Assembly (NCBI RefSeq): GCF_902713615.1
Contig: NC_052163.1
Location: 33,490,248-33,554,247 of the forward strand
Direction: 5' to 3'
Length of the DNA: 64,000 bases
From: Scyliorhinus canicula
Taxonomy: Eukaryota
The translations under genes and the position numbers were made by a program. The notes beneath the pieces are model-generated. The model did not search any database, was not told the origin of the DNA, and saw only the letters and a list, made by a program, of their open reading frames with translations. Below are positions 50,329 to 62,379 of this stretch, one piece after another; position 1 is the first letter of the stretch; each line of letters starts with the position of its first letter.

Positions 50329-50408
50329 TGCTTATGCTGCAATTTTTATTGAGCCATTCACTTGGTCGTTTTACTTGGCTTCAGTCATCATTGGGATAGC
50401 AGCTGCAG
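50329..50408 (+). CDS. MFSD11: MFSD11 coding exon 4
   Basis: Acceptor TTTTCAG|T; AYAAIFIEPFTWSFYLASVIIGIAAA; donor CAG|GTGAGT. Confidence 0.95.
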
Positions 50409-51299
50409 GTGAGTTTTCTTCCAATGTGCTAAACAACGTGAATAAGACCCGAGGAGAAAAGCTTTTAGTCTTTTGATTTATACTAATTAAATTTGACTTG
50501 TTAACTGAATGTTATCTGTTTTTGGATGGGAAAATAATGACTAAAATTCCATAATGCGTGAGAAGTTTTCTAATCCTATTTTTATTGCATTCTTAAATTT
50601 GTTTCATCCAAACTCTGTGAAACTCGTCAGACATGAGTAATTTGCCTTCTGATGGACAAAAGCTCAGCAAAGATTCCACTTGGATTTTTTTTGGACAGGG
50701 CTGATGTTTATTTAACCATCTTAGTACTTATTTTCAACTGCTGTAAGGACGTGACATTTTTCTTCCTCCTGTCTAGTTAGTTATTTTCTTTCACTTTAGA
50801 CATGATTCATGATTCAACAAGCAGTAGCAAGCTTCAGGTATCTATCTAGAGTGATCATATATGAGTGCTGGCTGTCTATTTGACTGAAGGCATCATAAGA
50901 TAAACTGATTTTGTCTTCAAAGATACATGCTTCTTAAGCGGTGGCAAGTGGATAGATCCCACCACTACCTTTTCTGAAACTGGCTGATTTGACACAGGCC
51001 TGGGGCTTCTCTACCTTGTATGATGCAGAATCACACCTGATGGAGCAGGTTTCAGCTTTGCTGACAGAAGTCACAATAGAAATTCTGGAATAATATAGAG
51101 AAAATAAACTTGTATTGAATTACAATGGCTTTAATTCGAAACATTTTAGGGCTTGATAGTTTAGTAGTTTCTAGTATTCAACAAGTCATCCAGATTGAGT
51201 TTTCAAATCTCACCATGGTACTCAATAAATCTGATAATTTTGTGGCAGTAGTACCAATGAAATTAATATGAACATTTCTGGATGAATTAATAATTATTT

Positions 51300-52226
51300 T
51301 TAAAATTTAAGAACCCAATTTTAATTCTTTTCTCCCCCCCCCCCCAATTTAGCGTGGCTAATTTAGGGGGCAGCACGGTAGCAGAATGGTTAACACAGTT
51401 GCTTCACAGCTCCAGGGTCTCGGGTTCGATTCCCGGCTTGGGTCACTGTCTGTGCGGGGTCTGCACGTTCTCCCTGTGTCTGCGAGGGTTTCCTCCGGGT
51501 GCTCTGGTTTCCTCCCACAGTTCAAAGATGTGCAGATTAGGTTGATTGGCCATGCTAAATTGCCCTTAGTGTCCAAAAACGTTAGGTGGGGTTACAGGGA
51601 TAGGGCTTAGGTAGGGTGCTCTTTCCAAGGGCCGGTGTGTCATAATATCCACTCATGTATATCATGAGATGCAGACAGGCAGTGATTGACACACAGGATA
51701 ACCAATGAACACACACGACACAGAACAACCAATCACCAGACAGGACATCATCACTATAAAGCCCACTCACAGGACATGGCTACTGAGATAGTCACAGTGC
51801 ACAAGCCAGTGAACATCATCACCATGTGGTAGAGAGCTAGTCTGGTCAAGCCAGTAGGAGGTTATCAGTTTGGTTAATAGAGTGTCAACCCACAGCAGAT
51901 TATGTACAGCAATCAGCAAGTTCAGTAAAACAGTGTTGGACCATCTCCTGTATCGGAAGCCTGTTTCTCGTTTCACTGCATCCAGTTGCAGTCGATGTTA
52001 GACCAACACAGAACACATCACAGTGCAGACTCGATGGGCCGAATGGCCTCCTTCTGCACTGTAAATTCTATGATTCAATCCACCTAACCCCCACATCTTT
52101 GGATTGTTGGGGTGAAACCCACGCAGACAGGGGGAGAATGTGCAGACTCCACACGGACAGTGACCCAGGGCTGGGATTTGAACCCGAGTCGTTGGCACTG
52201 TAGTCCCAGTGCTAAGCACTGCGCCA
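51300..52226. mobile_element. Nested V-SINEs: a minus-strand copy split by a plus-strand copy (51366-52075)
   Basis: Minus SINE breaks at TAGCGTGGCTAAT (~51362) and resumes at CAATCCACCTAACC (~52076). Confidence 0.8.
51638..52020 (+). mobile_element. Solo LTR (383 bp) nested within a V-SINE
   Basis: TGT...TCA termini; two CCAAT boxes, CTATAAA and AGTAAA; 5-bp TSD CGGTG/CAGTG; the host SINE resumes after it. Confidence 0.8.
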
Positions 52227-53449
52227 CTTCAGCATCAGAAAATACATTCAGTTCCTATTTCTTTGTCAGTTATACATGAATAGCTTCAATGTGAACAATG
52301 CACAGTTTAATTTCTCACTGCTTTCCCCAAACTAGTGAAATTAAGTGCAAAAAACCTGCCTATCTTTGTATTCTGTATTACTTCTCCTGGATTTGTTGTT
52401 TTCCATGGTATTAGCCCAGTATTTTATTTCGAGCATCACACCTGATGGAGCAGGCTACTATGTTTGATATTCAGGAAAGGATTATAAAATAATCTATTAT
52501 CTAGCTTGTGTCTATTTGGTGTTTCACTTTTCAAACTCTGCAATCATTGATTAAGTTGGTGTGTTCACATCTGTGTTATTCATTTATTTCAGTGTTTTGA
52601 AGCTCTGCCTCATGCTCCTCTCAATTTTCTTGGCTTTAATGAAACAAGATTAATTTAGTTGGTCTTTCCTTGTAAATTCGAACTGTAAAACATAAAATTA
52701 GTTTTGTTGCTCTGCTTTGAATCCTGTCCAACATATTGTTGACTCTTTGTAGATAGATGCATGAAAGATTAAAACAAACACATGTAATCTATTGAAAATT
52801 GGAGTAACTTATTTTATTTGATCTGTGGTCAATATCTTATCCATGTTGTTGGCAATAACCACTGATGGTTGGATATATTTGACCGGTAGCTACATCCAAA
52901 ACCATTCTTTTCTGCCATTCTTAATGAATACTGAATTATTTGTATCATTCCTTTTGGAGAGTCAACTGATGATGTAGTCTCAGGGACTGCAGGTTTGGGC
53001 TGCATGGCAAATGTTGCTTGGCTAAACACGATGCTTTTGGAGTTGTGTGAAAAACGGAATTAGGTGAAACCTGGAGAACGTGAAGCTAAAAACTGAGTGC
53101 AGAGTCAGTCTCAGTCCAGGCAGGAGCAGAGCTCAGCTGAGTTTCTTGAACACCAAGGTCAGATTCCTGTTCTCATTGACCTCCAGTCAGCATCACAGTG
53201 AAGCAGTCGTTAGTTTAAAAAGTTTTTTTTTGGAGAAGGGATTAATTGAGAAACAGCACAAATAAGTGTAAGTCAGGGCCATTATAATGAAGTAATGTAA
53301 GTAAGCAAAGTAGGGTAAGGGAGGTAAGTTAATAGCATTCTTTTATAAGCATAAGTTTTTTGTTAAAAAAGGATGTAAACAAGGGATTTAAGCGTAGCCA
53401 TGGCAGGTGAGCTTACACCTGTGGTAGGCAGATGAGCTTACATCTGTGG

Positions 53450-54100
53450 TATGCAGCTGCAACAGGCGATTAAGAAGGTGAATGGAATTTTGTCTTTCAT
53501 TGCTAGAGAGATGGAGTTTAAGACTAGGGAAGTTATGCTGCAACTGTATAAGATGTTAGTGAGGCCACACCTGGAGTATTGTGTTCGGTTTTGGTCTCCT
53601 TACCTGAGAAAGGACGTACTGGCGCTGGAGGGTGTACAGAGGAGATTCACTAGGTTAATCCCAGAGTTGAGGGGTTTGGATTACGAGGTGAGGTTGAATA
53701 GACTGGGACTGTACTCGTTGGAATTTAGAAGGATGAGGGGGGATCTTATAGAAACATATAAAATTATGAAGGAAATAGATAGGATAGATGCGGGCAGGTT
53801 GTTTCCACTGGCGGGTGAAAGCAAAATACGGGGAAGTAGATTTAGGACTGAGTTTAGGAGGAACTTCTTCACCCAAAGGGTTGTGAATCTATGTAATTTC
53901 CTGCCGAGTGAAGCAGTTGAGGCTCCTTCATTAAATGTTTTCAAGATGAAGATAGTTTTTTTGAAGAATATAGGGTTATGGTGTTCGGGTGGGAAAGTGG
54001 AGCTGAGTCCACGAAAGATCAGCCATGATCTCGTTGAATGGTGGATCAGGTTAGAAGGGCCAGATGGCCTACTCTTGGTCCTAGTTCTTATGTTCTTATG
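53450..54100 (+). mobile_element. CR1 ORF2 3' end with (TTCTTATG)n tail
   Basis: LYKMLVRPHLEYCVRFWSPYLRKDVLALEGVQRRFTRLIP...RRMRGDLIETYKI...FFTQRVVNL. Confidence 0.9.
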
Positions 54101-56670
54101 TATGCTTCTCCTGTGCTGTGTGGTAAATCATGGAAGCTTCAGTTGTCCCTGGTGACAAACTGTGCAGGAAGTGTATCCAACTGCAATATTAGTAACCGGA
54201 TTTAGGAGCTGAGGGAGCAACTATGGAGCATCCATGATGCAAAGCAATTAATGGATAGTACATTCAGTGAGGTGGTCACACCGCAGGTGAAGATTAAACA
54301 GGCAGAAAGGGCATGGGTGACCACCAAGCAGAGTCCTTTATGACCATCCTCCTTTCTAAACAGATATAGGGGCAGCAGGGTAGCATGGTGGTTAGCATAA
54401 ATGCTTCACAGCTCCAGGGTCCCAGGTTCGATTCCCGGCTGGGTCACTGTCTGTGTGGAGTCTGCACGTCCTCCCCCTGTGTGCGTGGGTTTCCTCCGGG
54501 TGCTCCGGTTTCCTCCCACAGTCCAAAGATGTGCGGGTTAGGTGGATTGGCCATGCTAAATTGCCCGTAGTGTCCTAATAAAAGTAAGGTTAAGGGGGGG
54601 TTGTTGGGTTACGGGTATAGGGTGGATACGTGGGTTTGAGTAGGGTAATCATGGCTCGGCACAACATTGAGGGCCGAAGGGCCTGTTCTGTGCTGTACTG
54701 TTCTATGTTCTATGTTCTATACCGTTTTGCATACTGTTGGGGTAGATGGCTGTGGGTGAATCTGCTGCACAACAGAAGAGGAAGAAAGTTATGGCTTTGT
54801 GGTAAGGGATTCAATTGTTAGGAGAACAAACAGGTGGGTTCCTACGGCCACAAAAGACATTCTGGGATCCTATGTTCACTCCCTGGTGCCAGGGTCAGGG
54901 ATGTCACTGAAAGGTGCAGGACGTATTGAAGGGAGAGGGCAAACATACATCGTGATGCACATTGCTGCCAACGATGTAGGCAGAAAAGGGATGAGGTCCT
55001 GCAAGCAGAATTTAGGGAGCTAGGAAGTAGATTAAAAAAACAGGACCAGATGGTCGTAATCTCTGGATTTCTTCTGGTGCCACATGCTAGGAAGCATAGA
55101 AATAGGAGGTTAGTCTCGATGAATGTGTGGCTATACAGATGGTGCAGGAGGGAGGGCTTTAGATTACTGGGACATTGGTATCGTTTTTGGGAATGGTGGA
55201 ACCTATACAAGGCGGACAGTTTGCACCTGAACCGAAATGTGACCAGCGTTCTTGCAGGGACTTTTGCTAGTGCTTGGAGGGGTTTTAAACTTACTGGATA
55301 AGGGCTGGGATCCTGAGAAAAGGTTCAGCAGGGATAGATGCACAGCTAAAATTAGAAGAAGCATCAAGTGTCAGGAAGGCATAACAGTTCTAGTTCAGTC
55401 ACAAGGGAGTTTGGCAAGATTGGATTGTATTTACTTTAATGCATGGGGTCTGACAAACAAGATAGATGAATTGAGGCCACAAATTAAAACATAGGGGTAT
55501 GATGTCATTGCTGTCAAGGAAACATGGTTGAGAGAGGGGCAGAATTGGCAGCTCAATATTCGAGGATATGAGACCGGGAAGGAGGTAAAAGAGGAGGAGG
55601 TGTCACAATTTTAATCAGGGACTCAATTGCAGCAATAAGGAGGGACAACATCTTAGGCTCTTCAAATAAATCCAAATGGGTCGAACATAAAAACAAAAAA
55701 GAGACGATCACATTGTTGGGAGTGTTTTATAGGCCCCCTAACAATCCAAGAGAAATGGATGAGCAGATATAGGATCATAGAAAAGTTACATTGCAGAAGG
55801 AAGCCGTTTGGCCCATCTTGTCCATGCCAGCCCAAGGACACCCAGTTTCCCTTTCTAATCCCACATTCCTGTACCTGGTCCATAGCCCTGTATCTTATGC
55901 ACTTAAGATGCAAATCCAGACACTTTTTAAGAGTTTAGGGTCTCTACCTCTACCACCAACTAGGGCAGCAAATTCCAGAATCCTACTACCCTCTGCATAA
56001 AAATGTTCGTGTCCTCTCTACACCTTCTGCCACTTATCTTGAATCTCTGCCCTCTGCATAAAAATGTTCTTGTCCTCTCTGCACCTTCTGCCACTTATCT
56101 TGAATCTATGTCCCCTGGTTCTAGCATCCTTGAGCAAGGGAAGCAATTTTATTCTTATTTTGTATGTAAGCACATTTCAGAGATGTATAAAAGCAATAGG
56201 GTAATGATAGTTAGGGATTTCAATTTCCCCAGCATTAACTGGGATAGTCATAGTGTCAAAGGTTTAGAGGGAACAGAAATCTTAAAATGTATCCAGGATA
56301 ACTTTTTAAAGACAGTCATAGAAGGTCCTACAAAAGTAGGGATAATCCTGAACTTAATTGTAGGTAACAAAGCCGGGCAAGTGGTTGATGTATCTGGGAG
56401 AGCATTTTGCAGACAGTGATCATAACTCATTAGATTCAAGATTGTTGTGGAAAAGGACAAGGTTGGGGCTGAAATCAAAGTTCTAAACTGGGTGAAGGCT
56501 GATTTGAATAAGATCAGAATAATATAATAATAATAATAAATGATTTGGCCAGCATGGGCTGGGATCAGAGGTAAATCTGTGACAAAACAGTGGGACCATT
56601 CAAGAAGGAAATTGGGAGAGTACAGGGCCAACATATTCCAATCAAGAAAAAGAGTGGGACCAACAAATCC
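54100..56670 (+). mobile_element. Degenerate CR1: ORF1 SGNH-esterase domain and ORF2 endonuclease, with nested insertions
   Basis: VRDSIVRR...HIAANDVG...VVISG...WCRREGFRLLGHW...DSLHLN; CIYFNAWGLTNKIDEL; IVRDFNFPSINW. Confidence 0.8.
54368..54720 (+). mobile_element. Young full-length V-SINE (HE1-like) with (TGTTCTA)n tail
   Basis: Intact A/B boxes (TAGCATGGTGGTTAG, GGTTCGATTCC), V-domain, CR1-like 3' tail. Confidence 0.9.
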
Positions 56671-57711
56671 TGTGAACTCTGGTAAGGTTGGTCTGGTTTC
56701 CCCCTGTTGCTCGTTCTGGGTGAGTGTGCTTTACACTCAATTTGGCTCTGTTTCGTTCCTTAGCTGTGGAGTCGCCAGGTATCAAGTTCAAGTTCAAATC
56801 AATAACTCCACACACCAGTTAGTAAGTTTAAACAAGACATGTTTATTATAATACAGTAATCTACTAATCATGCATATAAAACTATAAGACTAGGCTAATC
56901 CTACCACTAATAATTTTCACAGTAACTTCATTGAAGCCTACTCGTGACAATAAGCGATTTTCATTTCATTTCATTTCATTTTTCATAATAGGCCAAATAC
57001 TTATCTGGATAAGGGGACTGCCGGATCAGGGAACAACGGCCTCTAGCTTTGTCCTGGGTCCGCAGGCTTCCAGTAGTTATGGACTAAAGGGGGTCAGGAG
57101 TGTCTACTGTCGTAGCGTGCGTTGTATGACACTTAAGTGATGGCGGCTGCTGTCCAGGCCTCTCCTCTCCGTGGTCAAGTTCGAGAGCTGCTACGAAGGT
57201 GTTCTTACTGGGAGGGCCGGCTGAGAGAGCTGGTCAAGGAGAGGCTGGCAGAGAGAGCTGGGGTCGGGGTCTCTGTCTTATACCTCTCTCAGGGTCTCGC
57301 ACCCACCTGGGCGGACCATCTATACACTGGCAATCGATTGGGTCTCTTCCCAATCGATTGATTTGAATTCCCCAATAACGGAGCAGTCCCTCGATCACTG
57401 GCCGGTTCTTGGGACTTATTGTTTTGGACTTCTCTTGGCACCGAAAAGTCTGGCCTTCTATTCAATGTATCGATTGCCGTTAACTTGTTTCCATTGTACC
57501 TGGGAATCGCCCGGTATCGCCTCATTAGTATGTTAACTTGTTTTCTTTCACAGTGCTGTCTGGTTTCTGCAGCAGTCAGAACTGGTTTCTGCAGCAGTCA
57601 GAATACACAAGCGCTTTTGCAAGCTGCTTGCTTTTGCAACGTGTCCATTTTCCCTGCATTCCTTGTAATCTTCCATTTTGTGTTGGGCAGTGGCCACCCC
57701 AGGTGGCTACA
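56670..57711 (-). mobile_element. LTR retroelement 5' LTR with PBS-like motif and leader fragment
   Basis: Begins TGTAGCCACC at 57711; AATAAA at 56842-56847; TGGCGAC PBS-like at 56771-56777; nested SINE tail 56913-56985 with TAATA TSD. Confidence 0.65.
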
Positions 57712-58177
57712 CCCCCCCCACAGTCCAAAGATTGTAGGTTAGGTGGATTAGTCATGCTAAATTGCCACTTAGTGTCCAAAAGGTTAGGTGGGGTTACTAG
57801 GTTACGGGGATAGGGTCGGAGCATAGGCCTCGGTCGAGAACTCTTTCCAAGAGTTGGTGACACTCGATGGGCCAATGGCCTACATCTGCACTGTAGAAAT
57901 TCTATGATTTTATCAAGGGATATACCAATGATATACAGCATTGGATAAGGTGAAAAATTGAGGTTATGGCAGACATCGAGGGCTCGAAACAGCAGTCTCC
58001 CTCCAGCTGTATAGAATGTGCAAAAAAGGCAACTTAAAAAGGAAGTTAGGAGAGCAAAGAGGGGACATGAAAGGATACTGGCAAATAAAATAAAGGCTGA
58101 TCCGAAGTTGTTTTACAGGTACATTAAGGGTAAAAGGTAACTAGGGAAAGAGTAGGGCCCATTAAGGACCACATTAG

Positions 58178-58401
58178 AGCCGCTGCGATCGGCGGCGAGT
58201 CCGGGATTTAACACCTTCACCCCCTAGGGGCTGGTTTAGCTCACTGGGCTAAATGACTGGCTTTTAAAGCAGGCCAGCAGCACGGTTTGATTCCCAAACC
58301 AGCCTCCCCGGACAGGCTGCTTTAATGTGGCGACTAGGGGCTTTTCACAGTAACTTCATTGAAGCCTACTCGTGACAATAAGCGATTTTCATTTTTCATT
58401 T
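58178..58401 (+). mobile_element. Short SINE with extra 5' sequence inside a CATTAG TSD
   Basis: SINE at 58227-58401; TSD at 58172-58177 and 58402-58407. Confidence 0.8.
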
Positions 58402-58974
58402 CATTAGTAATTCATATGTGGATTCAGAGGACATAGGTAGGGTTCTAACTGAATATTTTTTTGCCAGAGTTCACTAGTGAAAGGGCTGGTGTGGGTATAG
58501 AAAGCAGGGAGGAGAACTAAAAGAAAATTGAAGAAATTAACAGACCGTGAGGAGGTTCTGAGTGGTCTGGCATCCTTAAAAGTAGAAAAATCTCCAGGGC
58601 CAGATGAAATGTGTCCCAGGCTGTTGAGTGAGGCAAGGGAGGGAATAGCAGGGGCGCTGGCAATTTTCAATTCCTCTCTAGCACAGTGGTTAGCAGTGTT
58701 GTTTCACAGTGCCAGGGACCCGGGTTTGATTCCCGGCTTGGGTCACTGTCTTTGCGGAGTGTGCACATTCTCCCTGTGTCTGCGTGGGTTTCCTCTGGGT
58801 GCTCTGGTTTCCTCCCAGAAGTCCTGAAAGACATTCTTGTTCGGTGAATTGGGCATTCTGAAGTTTCCCTCTGTACACCCGAATAGGCGCCGGAGTGTGG
58901 TGACTCGGGGATTTTCACAGTAACTTCATCGCAGTGTTAATGTAAGCCAACTTGTGGCACTAATAAAGATTGTT

Positions 58975-59794
58975 ACTATTTTTTAAAAAAAAACTTTTAT
59001 TCCAAATTTTTCACTTTATTCAATACAAAATAATAATAATGGCTTACTGTCACAAGTAGGCTTCAATGAAGTTACTGTGAAAAGCCCCTAGTCGCCACAT
59101 TCCGGTGCCTGTTCGGGGAGGCTGGTACGGATGATAGAGAATAACACACAAGTACACACCTAAACCCCCCAAAACACAAACTAACCTCACGCACAGCCCT
59201 CCACACCCGCCCTTAGCGAGTAATGGTTGACCAATTCCTTGTTGTAAACAATAAACGGCTCCCATCTTCGGTAAAACCCTTTAATTGCTTCCTCATGGTG
59301 TGTTTGACTTTCTCGAAGTATAGGAACTCCATCAAATTTCCCAGCAGACCCCCACGGCAGCAGTACTTGCCTCCGGGCAATCAGTGAGGCGAAGGCTAGG
59401 ACATCGGACCCCGCACCTGTCTGTAGCTCTGGTGAGTCCGAAACCCCAAATATGGTGCAACGGGACAGGGCTCCATCTCAATCTTCAGAACTGCCGACAC
59501 GGTGCTAACGAAGCAGATCCAGAAACCCACAAGCTTGGGGAAAGACCAGAACGTGGTTAGCCTGACCTCCCGAGCAGCACTTGCACTTGTCTTGTCTTGG
59601 ATTTAGTCAGGTGCATCCTATAAACTACTTTTACTTGGATTAAACCATATTTGGGGTTTCGGACTCACCAGAGCTACAGACCGGTACGGGGTCCGATGTC
59701 CTAGCCTTCGCCTCACTGATTGCCCGGAGGCAAGTACTACTGCCGTGGGGGTCTGCTGGTAAATTTGATGGAGTTCCTATACTTCGAGAAAGTC
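58975..59794 (-). mobile_element. L1/Tx1-like 3' end with a 151-bp inverted duplication and a nested SINE fragment
   Basis: AATAAA and A-tail on the minus strand near 59000; arms at 59306-59456 and 59644-59794. Confidence 0.75.
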
Positions 59795-59799
59795 TTCCT

Positions 59800-60173
59800 C
59801 CTGCGCAAGCATGGGAGATGCTCCCCCTTCACTTTAACCTCCTTTTCTCACCGAGCCAGGCCCGAATCACTCCTTCCAAGTAAAACAGCAATTTTTTCAA
59901 TTTAATATGCTCTATTCTCTGCTCATGTGGTCTCTACGTCAAAGAGACAATACACAGATTGGATGGCTGCTTCACAAAGCATGCCCATTCAGTTTGCAGG
60001 CTTGGCCCTGTGTTTCCAGCCACTTGTCATTTTGATTATCTGCTCCACTCCCACTTCAACATTGCTGTCCTTGACCTTGGTCTAGACTGTTCCAAAATGT
60101 GAGGAACAATGTTTCGATTAGGCACTTTACAGTCTTCCAGACTTAACACCGAAGTGAACAAATTCAGATCATA
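59800..60173 (+). mobile_element. Degenerate Penelope-like GIY-YIG remnant
   Basis: CGLYVKETIHRLDGCF.KH...FRLGTLQSSRLNTEVNKFRS*. Confidence 0.65.
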
Positions 60174-60479
60174 ACTTCTGCTCCCTTTTTTGGCATTTTT
60201 GTTCACTGTAATTCCCAACTTGGATCAAAAACTTGTTCTGTGTATGTGCATGGTTTCCCAGGCAGTACTGACCTTTATGCTTTGGTGACTTGGATAAGCT
60301 ATTGCAGGCGCCTAAAATCACTGGGCAATAACCATCAGCGGTGCCTTTGCAAGATCCTTAAAATCTGGAGGCAAGAAAGGCAAGTCTAACGATAGCGTCC
60401 TCTCCCAAGCCAACTTGCCCTGCATTGATCACTCAAAACCAGTTCTGCTGGACTTGTTGGTCATATGCCTGACACCAGA

Positions 60480-60855
60480 CTTCTGAAGCAACTGCATTAC
60501 TTGGAACTCACCCAAAGGAGACTCGTAGGAGGACAGGGAAAATGCTTTAGAGATGTCTTTAAAGTATCCCTGATAAGTTAAACATACCTGTTGACTCACG
60601 AGACCCTGGCTTGTGACTGATCAAAACGGAGAAACATTATTTGGGAAGGCACCAAACACATCTAGATACTTTGTTGGGAACTTGCAGAGGTGAAGTTGAG
60701 GCGAGAGCGCACAAACCTCCAAACCCTCCCCTTCAAACACCACCTGTCCTACATGTTGCAGAATCTGTAGATTCCATTTTGGATGTATCAGCCATCTCCG
60801 AACCCTTCGAGCCAGTGCGGAAACAAGTCATTCCTGAGGGACTGCCGAAGAAGAA
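60480..60855 (+). mobile_element. RTE-type LINE 3' fragment
   Basis: Ends GGAAACAAGTCATTCCTGAGGGACTGCCGAAGAAGAA; a related end lies at ~20262-20300. Confidence 0.5.
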
Positions 60856-61562
60856 TAGCGTTGGGGAGGGCTTAACATTATTGAAACAACAATTGCACAC
60901 CGTGCCAATGAAGCCAACAGTCAGTGGCTTTGATGTCACAGACACCAACTGTCCATGGATGGGTGGTTTGCTCCCAGCAGCTGCAGCATCAACAAGTACA
61001 GCCTTATTTGTTTTGGGATGTCAGCTGTCAGTAATAACCCCGCATTTCCCCATTAACAACTCTTGCAGACACATCTTTTATTTCTGTTCTTGTCTCATTA
61101 CTTTCCCACTTCTATCTCACACACTCACTCTTGACAATTAATATCTGTCCCCAAACCGATCACATACCCTTGTTATGTTTCCTGAAAGAATGCTAGAAGT
61201 CGTTCAGCAGTTGAAGGAAGGTTCACTGTGCTACACAATAAATGACTGCTTTAGCTTTTTACTTACAGAACTGTACTTGTAAAGATAATGCTTCTCTATG
61301 CTCTGCAACTAGTCCTGACCACACTAACAACCCTGAGCTTTAGTTCCGTCTCTGTCCTCCTCTCCGTCTCTCCACCAAGTGAGGTGGGGGGCCTTCGGCG
61401 TCACTCTTATGTCCCCGTGCTGCCCCCTGGTGGTGCTTCCATTTTCCATCAGCCCCTTATGTACATACTCAAGTGAGGATCACTACAACCCTATCTTTTG
61501 TTCTTTATCTCCCCTCCTCACTGCCAACACCCCCTTCACCTGCCTCTGTACTTGCTCAATGC

Positions 61563-62180
61563 AGAAACAGAAAATACTGGAAATACTTAGCATGTCAGGC
61601 AGCAACTGTGATCAGACAAACAGAGTTCACATTTCAGGCCAATGACCTTTCATCAGAATTGGGAAAAGTAGAAAAAGTATAATAGGTCTTAAGCAGATGA
61701 AATGGGGGAGGGTATGAAACGAACAAAAGGGAAGTTCTGTGATAGGGTAGAAGACAGGAAATATTAACTGACAGAAGAGTTGGCCAAAGGAAGTGGGACA
61801 AACCACAAAACAAATTGTGTGTCCAGAGGAGTAATGATGAACGGCTGCCACCCAAAAGCAAAATCAAGAGAGAGAAAACAAACAAAGGTAAGACGTAAAG
61901 GTAGCATGTAAAGAAAACAAAAGGGAGGCAGAGATTAGCATCTAAAATTGTTGAACATAACATTGAGTCAGGAAGGCTTTGAAGTGCCCAATCAAAAAAC
62001 GAGGTGCTATCCTCAAGTTTATGTTGAACTTCATTTGAAATTTGAAGTCGGCAGAAGATAGAGGTCAGAATGAGAGTAAAGTAGGGACTTTGCAACCTGA
62101 AGCTCGGGATTATGCTTGCAAACTGAAAAAAGAACTCCACAAAGTGGTCATCAATCTGTGTTTGGTTTACCCAATGAAAT
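61563..62180 (-). mobile_element. Degenerate Penelope-like element 3' end with a decayed hammerhead motif
   Basis: FIG*TKHRL and HLVF*LGTSKPS*LNVMFNNFR remnants; CTGATGA-A-AGGTC(att)GGCCT-GAAA at 61632-61656. Confidence 0.7.
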
Positions 62181-62379
62181 AGAAATGAGTAGGCAGAAAT
62201 ATATGTGCTGGCTCAAAAGTATACTTCTCTTTGCATGTTTTGGTCTTACATCCTTTTTTTCCTGCTGTTCTGCAGCTGTTCCTCATTCCACAATTTGCAT
62301 CGCCTCTAGACATATCTGTTGTATTTTTTACTTCACCGATTAGCATTCCTTTTGGACCTGTATCACTAACTCTTCGAAA

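Larger units (their letters stand above)
36453..50408 (+). other. MFSD11: MFSD11 gene span, partial CDS join(36453..36548,39400..39455,39701..39808,50329..50408); later exons not found in the window
   Basis: Four exons (96, 56, 108, 80 nt) splice in frame into the N-terminus of an UNC93-like MFS membrane protein. Confidence 0.93.

Noticed and set aside
54368-54445. tRNA-like A/B boxes here and at other SINE heads
   Set aside because: They continue into SINE bodies and do not form complete cloverleafs; not tRNA genes
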